NCBI RefSeq assembly: GCF_018350175.1
Contig: NC_058368.1
Location: forward strand, 92,258,001 to 92,322,000
Origin: Felis catus
Taxonomy: Eukaryota
Direction: 5' to 3'
DNA: 64,000 nt
Shown here: positions 13,440 through 26,661 of the stretch, piece after piece
Numbering within the stretch: the stretch's first letter is position 1
Layout of the letters: the number at the start of each line of letters is the position of its first letter
Made by a program: the position numbers and the translations under genes
Notes under the pieces: model-generated
Database searches by the model: none
Told to the model about the DNA's origin: nothing
The model's input: the letters and a program-made list of their open reading frames with translations, nothing else

Positions 13440-16400
13440 TATTTTAAAATGCCTTTATTTAGATACGCACAGTAAAATTCACCACTTTAAACTGTACAAT
13501 TCAGTGAATTTTGACAAATGTATATAATTATGTAATTGTATCACAGCCAGGTACAGAACATTCCCATCACCCTTGGATCATGACAACCACTGAACTGAAC
13601 TGCTCTCTGTCCCTAGAGTTTTGCCTTTTCTGGAATTTGCTGTAAATGGAATCCTATGCATGTAATTTTTTGTGACTGGCTTATTTCACTTTTGAAATTC
13701 ATCCAAATTATTCAGTGTATTATTAGTTCATTCCTTCTTATTGCTGAATCGTATTCCACCCTTTGGCTCATACCCATAGAATGTTTATCCATTCACCCGT
13801 TGATGGACATTTGGATTGTTTTCACTTTTGGGCTGTTGTGAATAAAGCTGCTATAATATTTGAGGGCAAGTTGTTGTGTGTACGTATGGTTTCTATTCTT
13901 GGGTAAATACCCAGGAATAGGATTGTTGGGTTGTATGGTTAAGTGTACGTTTATCTTTACAAGAAGCTATCCCCACCATTTTCCAAAATGGCTGTACTTT
14001 TTTTATTCCCTTCCATCATCTATTGAGAGTCCCATTTACTCCATATTCTTGACAATAGTAATCTCTTTACTGTTGACCATTCTGGTAGGTATATAGTGAT
14101 CTCCCATTTTGTTTTTAATTTGCACTTCCCTGATGACTAATGATGGTGAGCATCTTTTTATGTGTTTATTTACCATTCCTAAATTTTCTTTGGTGTGGAG
14201 TAGCTGTTCAAATTGTTCAACTTTTTTGGTTGTTTATGGGTTGTCTTCTTTATTTAGTAGTAAGATTTAAAAATATATTTCTAGATACAAGTCTTAATTA
14301 TATATGTTTTGCAACTTTTTCTAATAGGCTGTGCCTGCGTATTCATTTTCTTAACAGTGTCTTTTGAAGAGCAAGTGTTTAATTTTGATAAAGTCTACCA
14401 TACCTATTTTTTTCTATTTTGGTGTCATCTATTTTTCTATTATGGTTCATATTTTTTGTGTTCTAAGACGTCTTTGTTTAATTCAGGATTACAAAGTATT
14501 TCTCCTAGAAGTGTGACAGTGAGAGCTCTTATATTTAGGCATATGATCTGTTTTGAGTTAAGTTTTGTTTATAGTATGGGTGGATCAAGGATCATAATTT
14601 GGCATTTGCCTATACAATTGTTCTAGTACCATTTGTTGGAAAGATTCTCCTTTTCCCATTGAAATTATCTTGGCATTTTTGTTAAAAATCAATTGACTGT
14701 AAATATGTGGTCAATTTATTGGACTGTATCCTGTTTCATTGATCTGTATACTACTTCTCTGTTTTTGCCTTTGCTACGGTAGTTTGATTATAGTAGCTTT
14801 ATACTAAGTTGAAACCAGTTAATTTTTTTCTCCAACTCTTTTGTTCTTTTTAAAAATTGTTTTGGGGGGCCTGGGTGGCTGAGTGGGTTAAGTGTCCGAC
14901 TTCGGTTCAGATCATGATCTCATGGTTTGTGAATTTGAGCCCCACATGAGGCTCTCTGCTGTCAGCACAGAGCCTGCTTCGGATCCTCTGTCCTCCCCTC
15001 TCTCTCTGCCCCTCTTCTGCTTGGTCTCCCTCTCTTTCAAAAATACAGAAACATTCAAAAAATAATAAAAAAAATTGTTTTGGTATTCAGGGTGTTCTAA
15101 TGGTCTTTCATATAAGCTTTAGAAAATGCTTGTTAATTTCTACAGAAACATATTTTGGTATTGAGTGGAATTGCATTGAATTTGTAGATCAGTTTGAAGA
15201 AAATTGATAACAGTTTTTAGTTTTATAATCTATTAAGTGTGGTATATATATGCATTTCTTTTGATATTCTTTAATTTTTCACAAGTGTTTTGTAAATTTC
15301 AGAGTTCAGGTATTATACATTTTTTGTTAAGTTGATCACTAAATATTTTATATCTTTGATGCTGTTTGTAAAATTTTTAATTTCCAGTTGTTCATTGCTA
15401 TGATTTAGAAATACATTTGACCTTTGTATATTTACCCAATATGCCGTGATCTTACTTCATTTATTAATTCTGTTCACTTTATATGAGATTTCTCAGGACT
15501 TTCTACATGGATAACCATTTCATCTATTAATAAAGGTAGTTCACTTTTTTCCTTTCCAGTATTGATTCTGTTTATTTTTTTTCTTGTCTGTTCTCTCTGG
15601 CTAGAACCTCCAGTAAAATGTTTAATAACAGTTGAGAACAGACCTTTGAGGGAAAACAACCCCCCCTCCCAAACCCCATCCCTCATTAAATCTGTCACCA
15701 CTTATCATAATGTAACTGTGGGATGTTTCTTTTTTGGATTTAGTTTGCTGAGAGGGTTTATTAGGAATAAATGTTGAATTATGTTCAGTGCTTTTTTTGT
15801 CTTTACATCTGTTGAAATGATAACACAATTTTTTTTCTTCTATTAATAAAGTGGGTTTTGTTGACTGCTTTTCTAATGTTTATACCTCGCAGGATCATGA
15901 CATATTATGGTGTTAAATATTAATGGATTTGATTTTGCTTAATCAGAACTTCTGTTAAATTTGGGATCTTTGTTCATGAGGGATATTCTATAGTTCTCTT
16001 GTGTTATTTTTGTATTGTTTTGGTATCAGGGTAATGCTGGCCTCATAAGATTATTTGGGAAGTTTTCTTTCTACTTCATTTTTGCAAGAGATGCATAGGA
16101 TTGATATGATTTTTTCCTTCAATGTTTGGTAGAATTCACTACTGTAACCATTTTTTAACTTTCCCTAGTATATCTTGAATTAGTTTTATGCCACCTCAGG
16201 TATAGTTTGAGAATCTTGCAACAGTGTATTTTTATTTTACCCTTTAGTTCTTTGTGTTACTTGTCTCATACATTTTATTTGTATATTTGTTATACTTGCT
16301 GCAGTGTATTGGTTTTTTTTTTTTACTTCATAGTAAATTATCTTGTACCAAAAGTCAGAAAAATGTGTTTTATATTTACTAAATATTTACCATTTCTTGT

Positions 16401-17093
16401 GTTCTTTATTCTTTTGTGTTGATGAGGATTTGTATCTTGGATCATACACTTCTGTCTGGAAACCTTCTTTGAACATTTTCTCTGGTACAGATATTCTGGA
16501 AATGAATTCTTTAAGCTTTTGTCTGAAAAACCATTTTTCACTGTTATTTTTGGAAGCTATTTAAAAATTTTTTGTAATGTTTATTCATTTTTTGAGAGAG
16601 AGAGACAGACAGACTGTGAGTGGGGGAGGGGCAGAGAGCGAGGGAGACACAGAATCCGAAGCAGGTTCCAGGCTCTGAGCTGTCAGCACAGAGCCTGACA
16701 TGGGGCTTGAGCTCACAAACTATGAGATCATGACCTGAGCCAGAGTTGAAAGCTTAACCGACTGAGTCACCCAGGCACCCCAAAAGCTGTTTTTACTGTG
16801 TATATAATTCTAGGTTGACAGTGGTTTTCTTTTGTTACTGCAAAGATGTCACTCCATTATCTTCTCGTTTACATAGTTTCTGAGGGAGGTTTACTATCAT
16901 TTTTGTTTCTCTGTATATAATGTTTCTCTGTATATAATGTATCTTTTTCCTCTACCTGCTTTTAAGATTTTCTCTTTATCACTGGTTTTCAGCAATTTGA
17001 TTTTGATATGTTTCTATTTGTAGTTTTTTTAAATGTTTTTTCTTATGATGAGAACTTTTTTTAATTTTAATTTTTTTAAGTTTATTTACTTAT

Positions 17094-17133
<40 letters not shown>

Positions 17134-18420
17134 GAAGAGGCAGAGAGAGAGTGGAGAGCGGAGAGTGAGAGAGAGAATCCCAAGCAGCACAGAGCCCGAC
17201 ATGGGACTTGAAGTCACAAGCTGCAATATCATGACCTGAGCTGAAACCAGGAGTCGGAAGCTTAACTGGCTGAAGCACCCAGGTGCCCCGTTTGTAGTTC
17301 TTATTTAATCTATGTATTCATAGTTTCCATCAATTTTGGAAAAATTAAGATAATTATTTCTTCACATATTTTTTATGTCTCATTGCTTCCCCCTCCTTTC
17401 TGGGACTAGGGATATACAAGTGCAAGACCACTTGATACTATACCATAGGTCACTGAGGCTGTCTTCATTTTTTTCAATTCTTTTTTGATTTCTTTGTTTC
17501 ATTTGAGATGGTTTCTCTGGCTATGTTTTCAAGTTCACTGATGTTTTTATTTGTAGTGTCTCATCTGCTGTGCATTCTTTCTAATGTATTTTTCACTTTA
17601 AATATTATATCTCCATCTCTAGAATGCCCTTTGGGCCTTTAAAAAACACTTTCCATTTCTCCTTTAAGGCACATGCATGTTTACCTTCTTGAACACAGTG
17701 AATATAATAGCTGCTCTGACATTTTTTTGTCTCCTAATTCCATCATCTGTCAGATGTGAATCTTTTCCTGTTGGTTCATTTTTTCCCTGGTTGTGGATCT
17801 GTTCTCCTCCGTTTCTTTGCATTCCTTATAATTTCATTTGGCTGCTAGATTTTTGTTGTATTCCTTTAAGTAGTGTCAGACATCTCTCTGGTATACCACT
17901 AAGTAAGTGGCAATCAGTTAAATGTTTTTAAGATTTTTCTTTTAAGTGTTATAGCAGGTCCTGAGCAGATTTTATTCTGGTACTAATTTAGTTTCAGTAC
18001 TAAGGCATGAGCCTTCTGTGGGCTGATGCCCTATGTATTAACAGTTGTTTCCATTCTGGCTGGGGAGAACATCAAATACTCCGAACCCCGTGTGAGCTCC
18101 AGGAATTACTTAGTTTACTGCTTTTGTCTGGATCTTTCCCTGGCGTTAAATCATGTTTTCTCACTCACGTGCAGGTCAGTACTTGTCAGAAACTTGTGGG
18201 TACCCTTCTTCAGTTCCTTGGGAACTCTCCTTCTGTGCAAATCTCTTATATCCAGCACACTGCTGTGCAAATTCTAACCCTGGCCTCTCAATTCCAGGCT
18301 CTCTCTCTGCAGTTCACTGAGACTGCTGGATTCTGTTTCCCTTCCCTGCACTGTTGCCTGGAAGCTGTATCCAGGCGGGAAGCTGGAGCAAATTTTTGCT
18401 TTGTTTTCAGCCTTTGAAAG
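13440..18420 (-). mobile_element. Old L1M fragments interrupted by Can-SINEs (+ 14863-15075, - 16565-16781, - 17060-17289)
   Basis: Antisense L1 3' end and ORF2 motifs (GATGGACATTTGGATTGTTT, GACCATTCTGGTAGGT). Confidence 0.75.
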
Positions 18421-18711
18421 TGTATTAAAATAGTTTCTGAAAATACATTTGGAATATAAATCAAAGTTTATAATCCCAAATCCTTCTTGATAAGAGATTT
18501 TGAATGCTCTGAAAATGAGTGCTGGTTTTGGCTCTGTAACCTCATTCTGAGGGAGCCTTGTGTAGCTTTTCAGGCACAATGGAGCTATTTGCACTTGTTG
18601 GATATTTGGTAAAATACTTTGGTTTATATGTTTATGAAGATGTTATTTAATGGAGCCTATTGATTTTGAAAGGTCAAATTACCTTTCAAGAACTTATGCA
18701 TTCTTTTATAG

Positions 18712-18915
18712 GGCTCAAAATCTCCTTCACCAAGACCAAACATGCCTATTCGATACTTCATAATGAAGAGTAGCAATTTGAGAAACCTTGAAATTTCTCA
18801 GCAGAAGGGTATCTGGTCTACAACCCCTAGTAATGAGCGGAAGCTAAATCGAGCCTTTTGGGAAAGCAGCATGGTTTACTTGGTATTTTCTGTTCAAGGA
18901 TCTGGACATTTCCAG
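18712..18915 (+). CDS. YTHDC2: YTHDC2 coding exon, YTH domain N-terminal half (RYFIMKSSN...GIWSTT...SVQGSGHFQ)
   Basis: ttttatag/GGC acceptor and CAG/gtgag donor; 204 bp; canonical YTH motifs including the first aromatic-cage Trp. Confidence 0.97.
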
Positions 18916-19611
18916 GTGAGCCATCCTGAACCAGTAAAATGGGGTTGTTCTGGCTGCAGGTTAGACCACAGAGATTAAAACAAAAACCAAAAACACCCTG
19001 GCTTTTTATTGCATCAGAATGCAAGAATGCATTTTGCTTGACAGAATGAGGAATGTATTGTACCTCTTCAGGGGAATGATAATAGGGATCCCTTTGTTTT
19101 CCTTGTCTTACCAGAATCTCTTTAGATAAACCATTTCTCCTTCTGGAGGTAACTTTAGATTTACTGTTTTTCAGGTGGATTAAGAGTAATGAGAAGCTTG
19201 ACTTTTTTGGTAAAATGTTTATTTAAATAGGCAAGCAAGTTAGAATTGACAATCCAGAAACTTGAGTATGTTTCTTAACTCATCTTGACTTGATGTATAA
19301 TATTTGGAAGTAAAACTTATAGGTTAGAGTATATCCATTTATCATGGAATAAATGTGGGTTTAGGGCTGTTAATACATTATTTAGAAAATATCTGTTCAT
19401 ACTAAAATTATGTTAGAAGGCTAGAAATGTGCTAATACATCTTTTTTATAAAAAACAACAACTTCTTTTTGTTTTTGTTAGATATCTATTGTTTTTATAT
19501 TACACTTTACCTTAAAATTAAAGAAAAAAAAGTGGAGAGCTTTCTCTGGTAAATTTTATTCAGACATTTAATATCTTCTTACCTTTCCCCTTGCCCTCAT
19601 TTGACCCACAG

Positions 19612-19794
19612 GGATTTTCTAGGATGTCTTCGGAGATAGGAAGGGAGAAGAGCCAGGACTGGGGCTCCGCTGGACTGGGAGGAGTGTTTAAGGTGGAGTG
19701 GGTCCGGAAGGAGAGTCTTCCCTTCCAGTTTGCACACCATCTACTTAACCCCTGGAACGACAACAAGAAGGTCCAGATCAGCAGAGACGGGCAG
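19612..19794 (+). CDS. YTHDC2: YTHDC2 coding exon, YTH domain C-terminal half (GFSRMSSE...DWGSAGL...NPWNDNKKVQISRDGQ)
   Basis: cccacag/GGA acceptor and CAG/gtatac donor; 183 bp; cage Trp and Leu and the NPWN..SRDGQ motif are present. Confidence 0.97.
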
Positions 19795-20988
19795 GTATAC
19801 GGTGGCCTTTCATATTTGCCTTCCTCTGGTCTCTTGGTTTTGTTTTGCTGCTATGCAGTGGTCCGTTTGAGAGGGAGACGTAGGAGTACAAATTGTATAT
19901 TCTGTGTGCACACGGGAGACGGTGCCTCAGGTTTGTAAAAGAGTTAGTATAAAAACCTGCTCGTACTGGTGTTTGACAGAGCTCATTGCTTTTTTAACAT
20001 TTGGTAAATTTGACTTCTCTCCATCATTACGGACGAAGTCTTTCATAAGTTACTTCATGGAGGCTCCTGTTGTCTTAGTAACTGAAGCTCTGATCAAAAC
20101 GGAGTGTAGTTCTGAAGTAATCTCACTGAGGGTGACAACAACATCTGACATCTTTGTGCCTTTAATGATGCAATATAAAAACAGCCTTTTTATATTTTTG
20201 TGACTTGTTTTGTTTCTGTTATGTTTGCCTTCATCATTGCTGCTGACATGTATTTTAAGCTGGTTAAGGGGATGGGAATTAACATATATATGGACTGCTG
20301 TGCTAGCTGCTTTCCATGAGGTCATTTAATTTAATGCATATTGCTTTATTAGCTCAATTTTAGGTAGGAGAAATAGGAGAAATTATTCTAAGGTCACACG
20401 GCTAATAATCTATTTAAACCAGTGTGGCTCGCTTTAAATCGCCATATGAAAAGTGTTTGGGTTCTTTTTAAATGCACATCGTATCACAAGAGGACTATAA
20501 ATGACATTCTTTTCAGTTGTATCAGAATATTTTAATTTTTATTCTATACTAAGGATTTTGAAATAAGCCTAATTCCTAAGATAAGAATATTATATACTCA
20601 TCATAATTTCTTAACAACCCCCCCAAACATCGAATACGCTAGGTTTCACAGTAAACCTTTGAAAGTTGAAGTGGAGTGCTTTTGGTAAATCTCCATTTAA
20701 AAAAAAATTCATGATTTCCACATAGTAAAAAGCTCCAGCAGAACTCCATGGAAATCTCTTTACCGTTTTGTCACAAATAGTTGCTGTATTTGAGGGTTAA
20801 CTACAATCTTGAAGTCTGGAAGTGAACTTCACAAACCTGAACATAGGTTGCATGATTTTATCATGTTCTGGTAGAAAAATGAAATTCAAAGTACTTCTCT
20901 TACATTTCTATCAGCATAGGTTTTGGTGATTAAAAAAAATTCAATCCATTTCCCTTGGTGTTTGTTGTGTGACTTGTGATTTATCCAG

Positions 20989-21069
20989 GAGCTCGAACCT
21001 CAGGTTGGTGAACAGTTGCTCCAGTTATGGGAACGCCTTCCGTCGGGAGAAAAAACCACGACTGATTGA
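20989..21069 (+). CDS. YTHDC2: YTHDC2 last coding exon (ELEPQVGEQLLQLWERLPSGEKTTTD*)
   Basis: ttatccag/GAG acceptor; TGA at 21067-21069; matches the recalled YTHDC2 C-terminus. Confidence 0.95.
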   Translation, partial: ELEPQVGEQLLQLWERLPSGEKTTTD

Positions 21070-22129
21070 CCTGAACTCAGGTTACACTATACTTGACTTT
21101 GAGTACTGGCAGTATTTATGATTGTTAAGGATATCTTTCAAATTACTTACCCCCCCCCCTTTTTTTTTTAACTCTTTCAGATCTCTTAACTACAGAAGAA
21201 CATTGCACCTACTTATAACCACTGAATGCACTGACTTCTAAAAACTGAGGTGTAGATAGATGTGTGTGAGGAATGAATGGGCTTTTCTGGCTTAATGTTA
21301 CTTTAGAACCACCATCTTTATATAAAAGAGAAAAGGGTAATTTAAATTTTTATAGTGATCATAAAGAATGATTATGTAATGTTTGTTAATTATATGTTTA
21401 TACTTGAATAAAATAGTAGCAGGTAACACTATTTGGCACAACAGCAGTTACTTGAAAAACATACTTAATTTGAAGTTAAACATTTCGTTTGTTGAAAACA
21501 CTGACTCATAACTCTTATTGATGATTTTTTTAATGCAAAGTAAGTTGTTTCCTTTTAAGAAGGGCCTGTATCAGTACCTCTGAGCACCATTTTAGAAGAG
21601 CTAAATAACTCTTAAGGTTTGTCATTAAAAACAATCCAATTCTAAAAATGTCCCTTTTAAAAATAGTGTGTGTTGATTAAGGACTATTCATTCTGCCATT
21701 TTAAACCTGAGCTACATTACGAAAAAAAGGAGAGATGTTCTTTTTTCTTTGATTATAAAGTGCAGTAAAATCTGAAGAAAATCAGGGTTCTTTCCTGTCT
21801 TTGACTGGATCAGATTTAGTGCTGAGTTTTATTCCTGGTCCTGCATCTTACCCCCTCCTCTCATCTTACAACCTTCACACCTCTCTTACCTGAGCACGGT
21901 AATTACGACCTCTCTGCTTTGGCTAGAGAAACTCAGCTTGGACAAGTTAAAAATGTAAACAAATGGTGCATGTTACAAAAAGTGCCCAGCAGTTAGCAGG
22001 AGCCTGGTTGGTGTATGTCTTTCAAACGAAAGCCACACCACAATTCAGCATGCCTCCTGCTTGCTTTCCAGTACTTTTCAGGCTCCTTGCGTTTTTGGAT
22101 TTCTTACTGTTTTGCATTTATGGTTTAAT

Positions 22130-22133
<4 letters not shown>

Positions 22134-22175
<42 letters not shown>
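22134..22175 (+). repeat. (GT)21 microsatellite in the YTHDC2 3' UTR
   Basis: Read directly from sequence. Confidence 0.97.
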
Positions 22176-22178
<3 letters not shown>

Positions 22179-22807
22179 TTTTGGTAAACCAGTGATAGTG
22201 CCAGCTCTCCTATTTCCTTGTCTTCTCAGGATTATTTGATCTCTTTACCACCACTCTGTAAAGTTTCCCCAGTGGCTTTTTGAAGGAAAATAGAGGTACA
22301 GGGAAATACGGAATGAAAGAAATGTCTTGGTTATTGAGCTCTAAATAGAACAGCTTTGATAGCACTTCTCATGATATATTTGGGTTATTGAAGAAAAACC
22401 AACATGAATCTAATTTAAAGGCAAGAAGAAAACTCTTAAGGCTTTTTTGCTTCTGCATTTGAAAACAAAGAAGTGAAAAGTCCTGGGTCAACATAAGATC
22501 TTGGGAACCCGTCTTTCTCTTGGAAAGTATTGTGTGTTGGTGCAGTAGTTTAGAATGGCAGCTGTGAATTTTGCCTGTGTTTGTCGTTAACTGGCTTTTT
22601 TTTGGTTGGTTTGTTTTATACTTTGAGATACACTTGTAAATTGAGCCTATGTGAATTATGTTCTGCTGTATGTGTATTACAGGTTTTTTTTTCCTATTAG
22701 AGCAACTTGTGATTTTTTTTTTTCTCCTGATACTGTATGTATATTTTGTTTGGGTATATATTTAACAGTTTATGGTATTCTAAATTTGGAAGTGAGAACT
22801 TTTAAAA

Positions 22808-22954
22808 AATAAAACTTGTTTTAATGTCCTTCTGTTTTCTAATATCTAGCCCTGTATGTAAATGATGAGTTTGTTGATATTTAAAATGAACACAATTTGA
22901 ATGTAATTAAAATGCTGTTTTTGGAAGAGATGAACTTTAAATATACTTATTAAA
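22808..22954 (+). terminator. Cluster of distal polyadenylation signals (AATAAA, ATTAAA, ATTAAA)
   Basis: Hexamers at 22808, 22906 and 22949 in U-rich context with upstream TGTA motifs. Confidence 0.5.
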
Positions 22955-23689
22955 TGAAATTCTGTTAAATTATTTAGGTCTTGTTATTTCTGATGCTCTA
23001 TAATAGGGCTTATCAATAATATCCCTTGAGATATTATTAATGAGTTTCAAGCACCTTGAAGAATACTAAATTGATATATAGAAGGTGATGATTTCACATC
23101 AGTATCTCTTTCTTGAAAAAATTTGCCTCATTACCACAAGGGGATGGAAAAAAAAAGCTCAAGATGTGTTCAACATAAAATCTTTTGAATATGGTAAACT
23201 ACGCAGCCATTCACCTTGCATTCAGTCAGGACACTGCATTTTGGTGATGTGCCACTATATCCACTGAACACCCCAGCCTCACTCTACCAATTACAGCAGA
23301 GATTGGCGGGGCGGGGGGCATAATCTCAAATGTGTACTTCAAGAAAAGACCAAATTTGAGAATTTAAGAATTTGTCCTCAGAGACTCATTCTTCACCATA
23401 TAAAATCTTACTTCCTGCAGCAGGGAAAGTCTTGAGGACTGAGTCAGGTGAGCTTCACCCCTGGATCCGCTCGGACCACACATGTAACCGACAAGTGACA
23501 ACACCTGCCAGTCTGTGTGAGCTTCCTGTGGCACAGGTGCTTGCTGTGCTCCAGCACTCTCCACAGCTCCTCCCCACACACTGGACCACACGGTGCACTC
23601 AGCGTGCCCAGGGCCACCAGGTGTGCTTTGGTCTTTCCAGCCAAGGGTGCAATTTCCGCTTGACTGTCTCCTAAAACCACAAATGCTGC

Positions 23690-24340
23690 ATTTTCAAAAT
23701 GGAACTAGTGTTCCTTCCTACAGCCTGTTCCACTGAAAGCTGTTCTCTCTTCAGCTGATGCCGGTTCCAGCCTTTTGGTTGCTCAGACCAGAAAATGTAC
23801 AGTCATCCTTGACGCATTTCTTTCTCTCGGTCTCATCCATCAGAAAATTGTCTCGGGTCTACCTTCAAAGTAGATCTAAACTCGGACTGTTTCTCCCCGC
23901 GTTGGTCACACCCACTCTGGACTGAGCCACGGTCCTTGTTGCCTGGGTTATTGAAATTGCTTCTTGAAATTTGTCTTCCCTCTTTGACCTCTCCCCGCTG
24001 CCACCGGTCTGTTTTCCACACAGAAACCAGTGATCCTTTTAAGAACATTCAATTTGTGTCACTTGGCTGCTCAAAGCCCTGTAGTGGCTCCCTGTTTCTC
24101 TCAAAAGCCAAAGTCCTTCCCATGGCACGGATACCTACATGATCTGGTCCTGTCTTGTATCTCAGGCGGTCTCTCCCCAACTCCTATACTTACTCCACTT
24201 CAGCCATACTGACCTCCTGACTGTTTCTTGAATATAGGTGTGTTCTAGCCCAGAGACGAGTGTGAGCTCTTAATTCTGCCTGGAATGCTCTTCCTAGAAC
24301 CTCTGGCCAACTGGTCATCACCATGTAGTGTTAGGTTTAC
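23690..24340 (+). mobile_element. Degenerate L2 fragment
   Basis: L2-like motifs (CAGTCATCCTTGAC, CTGCCTGGAATGCTCTTCC). Confidence 0.55.
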
Positions 24341-24394
24341 TGGAAAGTTTTCTGTGAAGCTTATTTAACTTTTATTTCATTTTATTTATTAAAA

Positions 24395-24614
24395 CAATTT
24401 TTTTAATGTTTTTATTTATTTTTGAGAAAGAGAGGGAGGAAGAGAGCATAAGCTGGGGAGGGGCAGAGAGAGAGGGAGACACAGAATCCAAAGCAGGCTC
24501 CAGGCTCCGAGCTGTCAGCACGGAGCCTGATGTGAGGCTCCAAGTCACGAACCATGAGATCATGACCTGAGCTGGAATCAAGAGACCCTTAACCGACTGA
24601 GTCACCCACGTGCC
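24395..24614 (-). mobile_element. Can-SINE
   Basis: Full SINE body with approximate TSD ATTTAACTTTTAT. Confidence 0.88.
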
Positions 24615-25253
24615 CCAAGAGCTCATTTAACTTTTATAATTAACATACAGTAAAATCAATGTTTCCTAGATGTGCAACTCTGAATTTTGACACACAGACT
24701 TGTAGAACTTTGTCCTTGATGAGGATATAGTTCCATCACCCCTGAATCTCCCTCATGCCATTTCTTTGTACTTAACAGCCTCCTCTCACCCATAATGGCA
24801 GCCAGCCTTAGGTCTGTTCTCTGTCATTCTAGTGTTCTTCTTGTGAGGATATTACATAAATAGAATCACACAGTGACTGGCTTCTTTCACTCAGCATAAG
24901 GCCTTTGAAACTGATCCCAGTTGTGTATATCAAAGTTCATTTCCTATTATTGCTGGGTAGTATCCCATTGTATAGAACGTGCCATTTTTTTAGTCATTGA
25001 CCTAGGATACGCACACGTGATTATACATAGAACAGCTATTTTGTGCACACCTTTTTGTGTGAAAATAAGTTGCCATTTGTTGAGTAAATACCTAGGACTG
25101 TAATCGCAGGATCATACAGTAAGTGTATGTTTTATAAGAAACTGCCCAACTATTTCCCAGAGTGGCTTTTCTGTTTTGCATCCCTACAGCTATATTTTAG
25201 AGTTCAGGTTGCTCCACATGCTTGACAGCACTTAACAGTTGTCAGGATATTTT

Positions 25254-26351
25254 TTTTTTCTTTAAGTTGAAAATACACATCAATTTTATTAAATTGTTGC
25301 TTTGTTCCATTGAAGAACAGTGTAAGGAACTATTTATTATTACAAGATGCCTATTCTGCATGTTAGGTTTTCCTATTTGGCACAATAACTTCATAAATAT
25401 TAGTATACTGTAATTAATTCAATTTACACCAAGACACCTGCCAGAGGCAATCCAATATATCTAAGAGGGATATGTTCACAACCTCTCTTCATCTCTTTTT
25501 ATTTTATTTGTTTCTTCCATCATGGTACGTGTACTCTTGAATCCCTACCACCTATGTTCACCCATCCTCCCTCACCCACCTCCCTGGTGGTGACCATCAG
25601 TTTGTTCTCTGTAGTTAAGAGTCTGTTTCTTGGTTTCTCTCTCTCTTGCTCACTCTTTTTTTCCCTTTGGTTGTTTTATTTCTTAAATTCCACATATCTG
25701 TGAGATCATATGGTATTTGTCTTTCCCTGGCTTATTTCATTTAGCGTTAAACTCTAGCACTATCCATGTTGTTGCAAATGGAAAGATTTCATTCTTTTTT
25801 ATGGCTGAATAGCCTTCCATTGTGTATTATACACCACTTCTTTGTCCATTCATCAGTTGATGGACACTTGGGCTGCTTCCAAATCTTGGCTATTGTAAAT
25901 AATGCTGCAATAAACATAGGGGTGCATTTTAGTGTTTTTGTATTTTTTGGGTAAATACCCAGTAGTGCAATTACTGGATCATATGGTAATCTATTAATTT
26001 TTTGAGGAACCTCCCTTCTGTTTTCCAGAGTGGCTGCACCACTTTGCATTACCACCAATGGTGCAAGAGCTTTACTTTACTTTTTCACCACATCCTTGCC
26101 AACACTTGTTTGTTTTTGTTTTTTTTTTTTTTTTTTTTTAATATTCTGAGAGAGGGAGCAGAGCAGGGGTAGAGAGAGATAGGGAGGGAGAGAGAATCAC
26201 AAGCAGGCTCTGCTCTGTCAGCGCAGAGCCTGACACAGGGCTTGAACCCATGAACTGTGAGATCATGATCTGAGCTGAAATCAAGAGTTGGACGCTTGAC
26301 CGACTGAGCCACCCAGGCGCCCCTCTTGGTTTTTTTATTTTAGCCATTCTA
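25254..26351 (-). mobile_element. 5'-truncated carnivore L1 with putative 3' transduction, containing a SINE at 26108-26323
   Basis: ORF 25789..26058(-) is the L1 ORF2 C-terminus ([20 protein letters not shown]); TSD-like 15-mers at 25239-25253 and 26352-26366 (13/15 identical). Confidence 0.75.
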
Positions 26352-26428
26352 TTGTCAGTATCTTTTGTTTTTATCATTCTTTTACACGTGCATCAGTATC
26401 TGATCATGGTTTTCGGTTGTAGCTCTTT

Positions 26429-26661
26429 TTTTTTTTTTTAATTTTTTTTTTCAACGTTTATTTATTTTCGGGACAGAGAGAGACAGAGCATGAACGGGGG
26501 AGGGGCAGAGAGAGAGACACACACACAGAATCGGAAACAGGCTCCAGGCTCTGAGCCATCAGCCCAGAGCCTGACGCGGGGCGCAGGCTCGAACTCACGG
26601 ACCGCGAGATCGTGACCTGGCTGAAGTCGGACGCTTAACCGACTGCGCCACCCAGGCGCCC
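26429..26661 (-). mobile_element. Young SINEC_Fc-type Can-SINE
   Basis: TSD CGGTTGTAGCTCTTT at 26414-26428 and 26662-26676. Confidence 0.92.

Larger units (their letters stand above)
21181..22970 (+). other. YTHDC2: Probable non-coding terminal exon (3' UTR) of YTHDC2; end approximate
   Basis: Strong C/T tract and cag acceptor ending at 21180; AT-rich, no obvious transposons; AATAAA at 21407, 22127 and 22808, ATTAAA at 22906 and 22949. Confidence 0.6.
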
